A DNA stretch of 24,000 nucleotides from an uncultured delta proteobacterium (lineage in GTDB: Bacteria; Desulfobacterota; Desulfovibrionia; Desulfovibrionales; Desulfovibrionaceae): assembly GCA_903843965.1 (NCBI GenBank), contig CAIMRY010000025.1, positions 44,622 to 68,621 of the forward strand, read 5' to 3'. Below the pieces are notes generated by a model. That model was not told the DNA's origin. It saw only the letters and a list, made by a program, of their open reading frames with translations, and ran no database searches. Both the position numbers and the translations under genes were made by a program. This document shows, piece by piece, positions 10,669 through 18,419 of this stretch. Numbering within the stretch: the first letter of the stretch is position 1; every line of letters begins with the position of its first letter.

Positions 10669-10858
10669 AACGGGTATCTCCCTGGGATGTGCGGACTCTA
10701 AAGAAAGTCTTAAGCGATGCGCCTATGCTGGAATCCTGCCTAAGCCATCCGCCCCTGGCAGTCAAGGCGGAGATACTCTCCGGCGCAGGTGAAGTCAAAG
10801 CCAAAGATGGCGCGGGAAAAGGCCTGGCGGACTTGCCGGGCGATGGCGAGAAAATCCT

Positions 10859-10890
10859 TGACCCATGCCGGTAGTTTTGCTTAAAGAAGC
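10859..10890 (+). promoter_or_regulatory. Possible sigma70-type promoter for tRNA-Asn
   Basis: TTGACC at 10859-10864 followed after 17-18 nt by weak TTAAAG/TAAAGA -10 candidate, about 25 nt upstream of the tRNA 5' end. Confidence 0.35.
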
Positions 10891-10912
10891 CTCCGCCGCA
10901 TCACGCGGCTCT

Positions 10913-10988
10913 TCCCCGGTAGCTCAATCGGCAGAGCGGGTGGCTGTTAACCACTAGGTTCGCGGTTCAAGTCCGTGCCGGGGAGCCA
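10913..10988 (+). tRNA. tRNA-Asn (GTT), CCA encoded
   Basis: TCCCCGG acceptor pairs with CCGGGGA; D arm GCTC...GAGC; anticodon arm GGTGG-CTGTTAA-CCACT (anticodon GTT); T arm GCGG-TTCAAGT-CCGT; discriminator G then CCA. Confidence 0.95.
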
Positions 10989-10998
10989 AAGAGAGCAA

Positions 10999-11030
10999 GG
11001 GCTCCAGATGACAGTCTGGGGCCCTTTTTC
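10999..11030 (+). terminator. Rho-independent terminator downstream of tRNA-Asn
   Basis: GGGCTCCAGA-TGACAG-TCTGGGGCCC stem-loop (10 bp with one T:G wobble) followed by TTTTTCTTT. Confidence 0.85.
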
Positions 11031-11120
11031 TTTGTCTGGCGGTTGTGCCCCGCTCTTACGCAGTCCCACGGGCACCGCTCCTGGCCTGGCGGAGCAGACG
11101 AGCCAGCGGCAGGCCCCCTC

Positions 11121-11294
11121 CTAGGTCTTACGAATTAGCGCCTGCGTGCACCAAGTCGTCTCATTCCCGTAGAGATCATGCTGCGTGGCCGTCGAGACAC
11201 CGCCCAGCGGCTCCCAGCCTTGCTGGAGAAGCCTGTTCACTTCAGCTTCCAGATCCTTAGACGCATCATGCAACAGTTTGTATTCCAAAGCCAT
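11121..11294 (-). CDS. Small DUF1737-like protein
   Basis: 57 aa MALEYKLLHDASKDLEAEVNRLLQQGWEPLGGVSTATQHDLYGNETTWCTQALIRKT; 'GWePlGGvs...qAli' pattern; strong RBS AAGGAGG upstream of ATG at 11294. Confidence 0.72.
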   Translation of the reverse strand: MALEYKLLHDASKDLEAEVNRLLQQGWEPLGGVSTATQHDLYGNETTWCTQALIRKT

Positions 11295-11630
11295 GCCACC
11301 CTCCTTGATCACGCACACTGAAGCGCTGCCCGCGTTCCACGTTGCCGGTGGCGTTGCGCAGGCACATTGCCACCGCTCGCCAATCTCATAACTTCCTGCT
11401 ATTCAATTGCCTGACGAGCGGCAAGATTATTATGGCCTGCCGCCAGCGGGTGTCCTCATGGCGTGATTCGCCTGCGTCCCCCCTAGCCTGGCTCCAACAT
11501 GGCGGAATTCCTGGTCCGGGCCCAGGTGGGCACGGCAAACCCGGCAACGCCGGCAGGGACGTCTGCGCGCGCCGGGACCGCCGCCCATGACCTGGGGGAG
11601 GCGGTTCTTTGGAGTTGAATTGAGACTCCT

Positions 11631-11652
11631 GATAACGTAGAGCTACGTAATC
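11631..11652. promoter_or_regulatory. 22-bp interrupted palindrome upstream of the signalling operon
   Basis: GATaACGTAGagCTACGTaATC; 9 of 11 position pairs complementary; about 100 bp upstream of the start at 11754. Confidence 0.4.
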
Positions 11653-11753
11653 TCGGAACGAGAATACCCCAGGATCTGGCTTGTCATGCATGTTTGAGGA
11701 TCCGACGCCCTTGCGCGGACCCCAACACCAAACCCTCTTGCCGGAGAAAACCC

Positions 11754-12548
11754 ATGGCCGCGAAGAATTCCGTGCTGTCCGCGCTTGATGCTGATCTGTC
11801 GATCCGTGTCCTGAACCAGATTCCCACCCCGGTCATGGCCGTGGACAAAGACTTCAAGATCGTCTTCATGAACGAGGCCGGGTGCACTCTTTTGGGCCTG
11901 CCCCTGGACGAGATCACCCGGTTCAAATGCTCGGAGCTTATGAACTCCCTGCACTGCGGCACGCCGGAATGCCGCATGAATCAGGCCATGGACAACGGAA
12001 TCTGCGGCACTGCGCGCAACGAGGTGAACATCGACGGTCGAGCCGTGCCCATTGCGCCCTTAAAGGATGATGCGGGCAACATCATCGGCGGCGTGGAATA
12101 TGTCATCGACATCACCAGCCGCGTGCGCGACGAGCAAAAGCTGCGCGAGCAGAGCCGCACCATCATGGAGATCTCCACCCCGGCCATCAGCCTGTGGGAG
12201 GGCATCGTGGTGCTGCCCGTGGTCGGCGTGGTGGACTCCATGCGCGCCCAGCAAATGATGAACACCATGCTCGCCAAGATCAAGGAGAGCTCGGCCAAGA
12301 TCATCATCCTGGACATCCAGGGCGTGGCCGCAGTCGATACCGCCGTGGCCAACCACCTGATCAAGATCACCAAGGCCACCAAGCTCATGGGCTGTCGCTG
12401 CCTGATCTCCGGCATCTCCCCGGCTGTGGCCGAGACCCTGGTGCAGCTCGGCATCGACCTGGGCGACGTGGCCACCAACGCCACCCTGAAGGACTCCCTG
12501 GGCGAGGCCTTCGAGCTGCTGCGTTACGAAGTGCGCAAGTCCAAGTAG
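11754..12548 (+). CDS. rsbR: PAS-STAS stressosome scaffold, RsbR-like
   Basis: 264 aa from ATG at 11754 (GGAG upstream). N-terminal PAS; C-terminal STAS VVLPVVGVVDSMRAQQMMNTMLAKIKESSAKIIILDIQGVAAVDTAVANHLIKITKATKLMGCRCLISGISPAVAETLVQLGIDLG, typical of RsbR family. Confidence 0.9.
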   Translation: MAAKNSVLSALDADLSIRVLNQIPTPVMAVDKDFKIVFMNEAGCTLLGLPLDEITRFKCSELMNSLHCGTPECRMNQAMDNGICGTARNEVNIDGRAVPIAPLKDDAGNIIGGVEYVIDITSRVRDEQKLREQSRTIMEISTPAISLWEGIVVLPVVGVVDSMRAQQMMNTMLAKIKESSAKIIILDIQGVAAVDTAVANHLIKITKATKLMGCRCLISGISPAVAETLVQLGIDLGDVATNATLKDSLGEAFELLRYEVRKSK

Positions 12549-12590
12549 CATGGCTGGCAAAAAGGCCTGCTTTTTCGCGGAGCATCGCCC

Positions 12591-13073
12591 ATGATCGACC
12601 AGGCTTTCGCCAGCCATGGCATGCACGTCATCGACGGCGTGCTTGTGGCCCAGGCTCCAGACAGCATTGAGGACGCGTCCCTGCGCCAGTTTCAGTCCGG
12701 GCTGCTCAGCCGGGTGCACGCCACCTCGCCGCGTGGCGTCATCCTCGACGTCTCGCGCGTGCGGCTCCTGGACTCCACCTCCTACGCGCTCTTGGCCGAC
12801 GCGGGCCGCATGGCGGCCATGCTCGGGGCGCGGGTGATCTTCGTGGGCTTCCAGCCCGGCGTGGTCTCGGCCCTGATGGACCTGGACGTGGACGTGGGCG
12901 CCCTGATCACGGCGCGCACCCTGGAGGACGGCATGGAGCTTATACGCCCGGCCCTGCGGGTAATCGAAGAGGACCCGGAGGAACAGGCCTCGGACGATTA
13001 CAAGCCGGAGGACGCCGCTGCAGGGGACGGGCAGTCCCAGACCGAGCCCGGCCAGGAGACCAAGACCCCATGA
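12591..13073 (+). CDS. rsbS: RsbS-like STAS protein with acidic C-terminal tail
   Basis: 160 aa; GVILDVSRVRLLDSTSYALLADAGRMAAMLGARVIFVGFQPGVVSALMDLDVDVGALITARTLEDGMELI; tail EEDPEEQASDDYKPEDAAAGDGQSQTEPGQETKTP. Confidence 0.85.
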   Translation: MIDQAFASHGMHVIDGVLVAQAPDSIEDASLRQFQSGLLSRVHATSPRGVILDVSRVRLLDSTSYALLADAGRMAAMLGARVIFVGFQPGVVSALMDLDVDVGALITARTLEDGMELIRPALRVIEEDPEEQASDDYKPEDAAAGDGQSQTEPGQETKTP

Positions 13074-13489
13074 CCCCGGCGCGCATCAGCGAAGAAGTAC
13101 ACATCGACCTCGCCCTGCCCTCGGACAACGCCGGGGCCATCTGCACGGCCAAGCGGCTGGCCGGGCAGGCGGGCTTCGACGAGGCCGGGCAGAGCCTCAT
13201 CGCCACAGCGGTGTCCGAGCTGGCCACCAACATCCTGCGCTATGGCGGCGGAGGCGAGGTGGTGCTGCGCCTGATCCATGAGCCGGGACGCAGCGGCATG
13301 GAGATCCTGGCCGAGGACCACGGCCCCGGCATCCGCAACATCGAGAGGGCCATGCAGGACCACTTCAGCACCGGCAAGAGCCTGGGCCTGGGCCTGCCCG
13401 GCGTCAAAAGGCTCATGGACGAGTTCTTCATCAACTCCAAGCCCGGCGTGGGCACCCTGTGCATCGCCCGCAAGTGGAGGCGGCTCTAG
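13070..13489 (+). CDS. rsbT: RsbT-like anti-sigma-type serine kinase (GHKL/HATPase_c)
   Basis: 139 aa; N-box AVSELATNILRYG, G1 EDHGPGI, G2 STGKSLGLGLPGVKRLMDEF. Overlaps rsbS stop by 4 bp (ATGA). Confidence 0.9.
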   Translation: MTPARISEEVHIDLALPSDNAGAICTAKRLAGQAGFDEAGQSLIATAVSELATNILRYGGGGEVVLRLIHEPGRSGMEILAEDHGPGIRNIERAMQDHFSTGKSLGLGLPGVKRLMDEFFINSKPGVGTLCIARKWRRL

Positions 13490-14077
13490 ATGGGTACCGT
13501 CGACTGTCACCTGGTCCTGAAGCCCCTGACCGGGCTCTTGGAGGAATGCGGCGACACGGGAGTGGTCGTCGCGGGCGAGGCGTCCTGCTTCGCGGCCCTG
13601 GTTGACGTGCTGGGCCACGGACCAGAGGCGCGCCAGTCGGCCATCGTGGCCGAAACCTTTCTGCCGGGCTGCGCCGGGGCGGACCTGACCGTCTCGCTCA
13701 AGGGCTTGCACGAAAAGCTGCGGCGTGGGCGCGGGGCCGTGGCCACCCTGCTGGAGCTTGATCTCGCCAGCGGTGAGTTGCTGGTGGCGGGAGTCGGGAA
13801 CATCACCACCCGCGTCTTCGGCGTCGAGCATACCCGCGTGCTCCCGCGCGACGGCATCGTCGGTTATTCCATGAGCACCCCGCGCGTGCAGCGTCTGCGC
13901 CTGCGCATCGGCGATGTGGTCCTGCTCTATTCCGACGGCATCCGCGAGTCCTTTGAGCTGCACGACTGCCCCGGCCTGCTTGCGGGCAGCGCCAAGGAGA
14001 TCGCCGAGCGCGTCATGAAGGCCTTCCGCAAACAGGACGACGACGCCTCGTGCCTGGTGCTGAGGTACACGGCATGA
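13490..14077 (+). CDS. rsbX: RsbX-like PP2C/SpoIIE-type phosphatase
   Basis: 195 aa; VDVLGHGPEA, LLELDLASGELLVAGVGNITTRVFG, GDVVLLYSDGIRESFE, DDASCLVLRY. Starts immediately after rsbT stop. Confidence 0.82.
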   Translation: MGTVDCHLVLKPLTGLLEECGDTGVVVAGEASCFAALVDVLGHGPEARQSAIVAETFLPGCAGADLTVSLKGLHEKLRRGRGAVATLLELDLASGELLVAGVGNITTRVFGVEHTRVLPRDGIVGYSMSTPRVQRLRLRIGDVVLLYSDGIRESFELHDCPGLLAGSAKEIAERVMKAFRKQDDDASCLVLRYTA

Positions 14078-16107
14078 TCCCCCTGGGCGAATTTCTGGTC
14101 GAGGACGAGGTGACCTTCAACGAGTCGCGGCGAAAGGTCCTGCGGCTGGCCCAGGCCCTGGGCTTTGACGAGATCGGGGCCACCCGGCTGGCTATGGCCT
14201 ATTCCGAGCTTTGCCGCCTGGGCGTGGACCGGCCCGGCGGCGTGCGGACGCACCTCGGCCTTGAGGAGCAGCCTGGCGGCCTGGCCTTGGGCGTCGACTT
14301 CGCCTTCAGCGCCAATACCGGCGCGCCGCTTGTAGCGGACGCATTCTTTCGTTCCTTCACGGCCATTCCCGGCGCAGCCTGGTCCTACCGGGGCCTGTTG
14401 CCCCTGCCGGACCACTGCTTCCGCCTCGACGAGGAGCTGCTGGAGAGCCTGCGCAGTCGTCTGGCCCATCCCTCGCGCGAGGAGCTGCTGCGCGACCTGA
14501 GGAACAAGAACGCCGCGCTGGAACAGGAGATCACCAAGCGCATGCAGAGCGAGGAGGAGATCAAGCGCCAGCGCACCCTGCTGGACACCCTGGTCAACTC
14601 TCTGCCGCAGCTCATCTACTCCAAGGACACAAGCGGCACGTACCAGATCGTCAACAACGCCCTGTGCGAGATGCTGGGCCTGCCCGTCTGGGAGGTCCTG
14701 GGCAAGAACGCCAGCGAGCTCTTCCGCCCGGAAACGGCGGAGCGCATCAACCGCGCCGACCACAGGACCTTCACGGAGAAGCATCTCACCACCGAGGTGG
14801 ACTGGCGCACCTACCCTGATGGCCGCAAGGCGATCTTCGACATCATCCGTGTGCCCGTGCTGGACGAGCAGGGCGAGGCCACGGGCCTGGTCGGAGCCTT
14901 CACCGACATCACCGAGCGCATGCGCATGGAAGAGGCTGTGCGCGAAAGCGAGGTCAAGTACCGCGAGCTGGTGGAGAACGCCAACAGCATCATCCTCAAG
15001 CTGGACATGGACGGACGCATCACCTTCTTCAACGAGTTCGCCCAGAAGTTCTTCGGCTTTACGCCAGAGGAGATCCTGGGCCAGAGCATCGTCGGCACCA
15101 TCGTGCCCGAGAGCGAGTCCACAGGCCGCGACCTTGCGGCCTTCATCCAGGATCTGGTCAGGAACCCTGGCCAGCACGCCCGCAACGAGAACGAAAACGT
15201 CACCAAGGACGGCGAGCGCGTCTGGGTGGGCTGGACCAATCAGGCCCTGCGCGACGACGCCACCGGCCAAGGCCTGGGCGTGCTCTGTGTGGGCTCGGAC
15301 GTTACGGCCCAGAAGATCGCCCAGCTGCAGCGCGACGAGGCCCTGGAGCTCATCTCCGGAAGCATCCGCTACGCCAGCCGCATCCAGCAGGCCGTGCTGC
15401 CCGCGCCGGAGTTCCTGGCCGCGCTCTTCGCCGAGCATTTCGTGCTCTGGCAGCCACGCGACGTGGTCGGCGGCGACATCTTCTGGAGTGTGCCCTGGGG
15501 CCAAGGCGGCCTGTTCGTTTTGGGCGACTGCACCGGCCACAGCGTGCCCGGGGCCTTCATGACGCTGATCACCACCGGGGCCCTGGCCAAGGCCCTGCGC
15601 GACGTGGAGCCCGGCGACGTGGCCGGGCTGGTCAGCCACACCCACCAATTGGTGCAGACGGGCCTGGGCCAGCATGTGGACACCGGCGGCTCGGACGACG
15701 GCATGGAGCTGGGCGTCTGCTACATCCCGCAGGATAGGGCCAACCTGCGCTTCTGCGGGGCGCGCTTCAGTCTGTTCCTGCTGGAGAACGGCGAGGTGGC
15801 CGAGCACAAGGGCGACCGCAGAGGCATCGGCTACCGGGGCATCTCCCTGGACTTCCCCTTCACCGCTCAGGACTTCGCCCTCGCCCCTGGCCAGCGCTTC
15901 TTCCTGACCAGCGACGGGCTGCTGGACCAGATCGGCGGGGAGCGCAGGCGCAGCTATGGCAAGAAACGCTTTATGGAGCTGCTTGTCGGGCTCTGCGGCC
16001 AGCCCCTTGCGACGCACCCGGAGCGCATCATGGAGAGCCTGCGCGCCTATCAGGGCCAGGAGAAGCGCCGCGACGACGTGTCCGTGGCGGGCTTTCGGGT
16101 GGTCTGA
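14074..16107 (+). CDS. Degenerate RsbT-like domain + PAS + PAS + SiaA/RsbU-type SpoIIE (PP2C) phosphatase
   Basis: Start MIPLGEF at 14074 overlaps the rsbX stop (ATGA). PAS 1 TLVNSLPQLIYSKDTSGTYQIVNNALCEMLG; PAS 2 YRELVENANSIILKLDMDGRITFFNEFAQKFFGF; phosphatase WQPRDVVGGDIFW, GDCTGHSVPGAFMTLI, TSDGLLDQIGGERRRSYGKKRF, KRRDDVSVAGFRV. Confidence 0.88.
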   Translation: MIPLGEFLVEDEVTFNESRRKVLRLAQALGFDEIGATRLAMAYSELCRLGVDRPGGVRTHLGLEEQPGGLALGVDFAFSANTGAPLVADAFFRSFTAIPGAAWSYRGLLPLPDHCFRLDEELLESLRSRLAHPSREELLRDLRNKNAALEQEITKRMQSEEEIKRQRTLLDTLVNSLPQLIYSKDTSGTYQIVNNALCEMLGLPVWEVLGKNASELFRPETAERINRADHRTFTEKHLTTEVDWRTYPDGRKAIFDIIRVPVLDEQGEATGLVGAFTDITERMRMEEAVRESEVKYRELVENANSIILKLDMDGRITFFNEFAQKFFGFTPEEILGQSIVGTIVPESESTGRDLAAFIQDLVRNPGQHARNENENVTKDGERVWVGWTNQALRDDATGQGLGVLCVGSDVTAQKIAQLQRDEALELISGSIRYASRIQQAVLPAPEFLAALFAEHFVLWQPRDVVGGDIFWSVPWGQGGLFVLGDCTGHSVPGAFMTLITTGALAKALRDVEPGDVAGLVSHTHQLVQTGLGQHVDTGGSDDGMELGVCYIPQDRANLRFCGARFSLFLLENGEVAEHKGDRRGIGYRGISLDFPFTAQDFALAPGQRFFLTSDGLLDQIGGERRRSYGKKRFMELLVGLCGQPLATHPERIMESLRAYQGQEKRRDDVSVAGFRVV

Positions 16108-16411
16108 CCCGGGTTGGGGCCAACAGGATGAATTTTCTGGATTGGCTCTCAGGCTGTGTTTCGTGCACAAAGAGAATGATGCGGACCAGTGGAGACCTAA
16201 GCTGGCACGCTCAAGACCCGATCCGGCGGCGCTCCCCAAAGAACGCTTCCGGCGGTCTGGTCGAACCCCCAGGCTGGCCGAAGTCTGGCCGCAGTCGGGC
16301 CGGAATCGGGCCGGAACCTCGCCAGGCCAACCTGGCTCCGGCCTTTGAACGAGGGCTCCTGGACAGCGTGTCCGAAATCTGTCAGCCCCCCCTGTGGAAT
16401 CGGAGGAACAC

Positions 16412-16957
16412 ATGCTCGCCAATGAAATGTTCGACCTGCGCAACACCCTGGACCAGCAGGGCATCACCTTCTGTTACTCCGGCTACATGACCGAGGCCAT
16501 ATTGTTTGGCATCGGCAACGCCATCAAGACCCACATGGAGATCGGCGACGCCGACGCCAAGCTGGCCAAGGGCGTCTTCGCCGTGTTCGTGGAGCAGGTG
16601 CAAAACGTCATCCGCTACTCCGCCGAGAAGGTCGGCAAGGAGGACGCCTCCGAGTTGCGCTACGGCATCCTGACCGTGGGCACCATGGGCGAAAAGCCCT
16701 TTGTGGCCTGCGGCAACATGATCGAGATCAAGGACGCCGACCGCCTGCGGGACTCGCTCACGCACATCAAGGGCCTGGACAGGGACGGCCTCAAGGCGCT
16801 GTGGAAAGAGACCCTGCGCGGGGAGGTCCCGGAAGGCAGCAAGGGCGCCGGCGTGGGCTTCATCGACATCGCCCGGCATGCACGCGGCGGCATCGATTTC
16901 GACTTCCGCACGGTTGACGATGCGTACGTCTTCTTCACTCTCAAAGCACTTCTATAG
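16412..16957 (+). CDS. siaB: SiaB family kinase (DUF6272-like)
   Basis: 181 aa from ATG at 16412 with GGAGGAACAC upstream; ITFCYSGYMTEAILFGIGNAIKTHME, VFAVFVEQVQNVIRYSAEK N-box-like, GILTVG, KGAGVGFIDIARHA; gene order next to SiaC-like protein. Confidence 0.82.
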   Translation: MLANEMFDLRNTLDQQGITFCYSGYMTEAILFGIGNAIKTHMEIGDADAKLAKGVFAVFVEQVQNVIRYSAEKVGKEDASELRYGILTVGTMGEKPFVACGNMIEIKDADRLRDSLTHIKGLDRDGLKALWKETLRGEVPEGSKGAGVGFIDIARHARGGIDFDFRTVDDAYVFFTLKALL

Positions 16958-16970
16958 CAGGGACACACCC

Positions 16971-17351
16971 ATGAACACACTCCACATGCCAGCCACCGAG
17001 CGCACCCCTGAACTCCTGTTCGATTTCGCGGCCAACACCTTTTCGCTCAAGGGCGAGTCCTATCCGGAAAACATCGCCGAGTTCTACAGCAGTCCCGTGG
17101 GCCAGCTCAAGGAGCACCTGACCGCCCAGAAGGGCCAGAAGATCACCTTCCAGTTCGAGCTGCCCTACTTCAACAGCTCCAGCGCCAAGATCATCCTTGG
17201 CCTGTTCTCCATGCTGGAGCAGGCGGCCGTGGACGGCAACAAGGTGCTCATCACCTGGACCTGCGAGGAAGGCGACGACATGCAGGAGATGGGCGAGGAG
17301 TTCGCCGAGGACCTCGACGCCGCCAAGTTCGAACTGAAGTTCCTGGGCTAG
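16971..17351 (+). CDS. siaC: SiaC family regulatory phosphoprotein (DUF1987)
   Basis: 126 aa; ATERTPELLFDFAANTFSLKGESYPENIAEFYSSPVGQL, FELPYFNSSSAKIILGLFSMLE, ITWTCEEGDDMQEMGEEFAEDL. Confidence 0.88.
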   Translation: MNTLHMPATERTPELLFDFAANTFSLKGESYPENIAEFYSSPVGQLKEHLTAQKGQKITFQFELPYFNSSSAKIILGLFSMLEQAAVDGNKVLITWTCEEGDDMQEMGEEFAEDLDAAKFELKFLG

Positions 17352-17353
17352 CC

Positions 17354-18394
17354 ATGGGCTACGAGCTGTTCAACGAGGAAGCAGAGATCGTCGAAAAGGG
17401 CGAGTTGCTCCTGGAGCAGGGCGCCTTTGCCGACCCCGAAGCGGCCGCGCGCTTTGCCGAGATGCTCAAGCACTACAAAAAGCTGCTGAAGAACCTCCAG
17501 CGGCTCATGCGCCTGTCCGACCGCAACGAAGAGAAGCTCAACGCCCTGGCCCACGCCATGGATGAGAAGAACAAGCTCCTGGAGGCGCTTTCGGCCAACC
17601 TGTCCAAGTACCTGTCCCCGCAGATCGTGCATTCGCTGCTGACCGGGGAAAAGGGCACAGAACTCATCACCCAGCGCAAGAAGCTCACCGTCTTCTTCAG
17701 CGACATCAAGGACTTCACCAAGACCACCGAGAACATGCAGCCCGAGGACCTCTCGTATCTGCTGAACAGCTATTTCACGGAGATGTCCAAGATCGCTCTG
17801 CATTATGGGGCCACCATCGACAAGTTCATCGGCGACGCCATGCTCATGTTCTTCGGCGACCCCGAGACCAAGGGCGTGAAAGAGGACGCCGAGGCCTGCG
17901 TGCGCATGGCCGTGGCCATGCAGCGCCGCATGAAGAAGCTGCAAAGCACCTGGCGCTTCCGCGGCTACCAGAACCCGTTCCACATGCGCATCGGCATCAA
18001 TACCGGGTACTGCAACGTGGGCAACTTCGGCAGCGAAGACCGCATGGATTACACCATCATCGGCGGCGAGGTGAACCTGGCCGCGCGCCTGGAGGTCCAA
18101 GCCGAGCCCGACGGCATCCTCATCTCCTCGGACACCTTCTCCCTGGTGCAGGACATCGTGGAGGCCGAAGAACGCCCAAAGCTGACAGCCAAGGGCATTG
18201 AGCGCGAAATCATCCCCTACGCCATCACCAACATCTACGATGAGGAGCTGGGCTGTCCGGACCTCATCCGCTCGGAATTCAAGGGGCTGCGCATCATCGC
18301 GGACCTGGAGAAGGTCTGCGCCGCAGACAAGGGAGCCATCATCGAAACCATGGAGCAGCTTCTCGCGCGGTTGCGCGAGGAGCCTGCAGGCTGA
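17354..18394 (+). CDS. Class III (predicted IIIb, adenylate) nucleotide cyclase with SiaD-like N-terminal coiled-coil stalk
   Basis: 346 aa; stalk FAEMLKHYKKLLKNLQRLMRLSDRNEEKLN; catalytic VFFSDIKDFT, GATIDKFIGDAMLMFFGDP, MRIGINTGYCNVGNFGSEDRMDYTIIGGEVNLAARLE. Confidence 0.93.
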   Translation: MGYELFNEEAEIVEKGELLLEQGAFADPEAAARFAEMLKHYKKLLKNLQRLMRLSDRNEEKLNALAHAMDEKNKLLEALSANLSKYLSPQIVHSLLTGEKGTELITQRKKLTVFFSDIKDFTKTTENMQPEDLSYLLNSYFTEMSKIALHYGATIDKFIGDAMLMFFGDPETKGVKEDAEACVRMAVAMQRRMKKLQSTWRFRGYQNPFHMRIGINTGYCNVGNFGSEDRMDYTIIGGEVNLAARLEVQAEPDGILISSDTFSLVQDIVEAEERPKLTAKGIEREIIPYAITNIYDEELGCPDLIRSEFKGLRIIADLEKVCAADKGAIIETMEQLLARLREEPAG

Positions 18395-18419
18395 TCCGCA
18401 GGGCGAACAGGGGGTGCGC

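Noticed and set aside
9079-10701. 540-aa plus-strand ORF antisense to lysS
   Set aside because: Antisense shadow of lysS, no recognisable motifs.
11386-11691. 101-aa minus-strand ORF upstream of the signalling operon
   Set aside because: No RBS or domain evidence and it would cover the candidate operator/promoter region; treated as non-coding.
11676-11692. Possible sigma54 promoter (CTGGCTTGTCATGCA) upstream of rsbR-like gene
   Set aside because: GG to GC spacing is 8 nt instead of 10, so it does not fit the -24/-12 geometry.
16200-16217. Possible sigma54 -24 element (CTGGCACG)
   Set aside because: TGGCACG matches -24 but the sequence at the required spacing (CTCAAGACC) lacks a TTGC-like -12 element.
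13927-16467. 846-aa minus-strand ORF antisense to the PAS-PP2C phosphatase gene
   Set aside because: Shadow frame in GC-rich coding DNA; low-complexity His/Val/Gly/Ala-rich translation with no recognisable domain, while the plus strand has clear domain motifs.
16128-16490. 120-aa ORF in the phosphatase-siaB gap
   Set aside because: No plausible domain, overlaps the siaB start out of frame, and the translation is Arg/Pro/Ser-rich as expected of non-coding GC-rich DNA.
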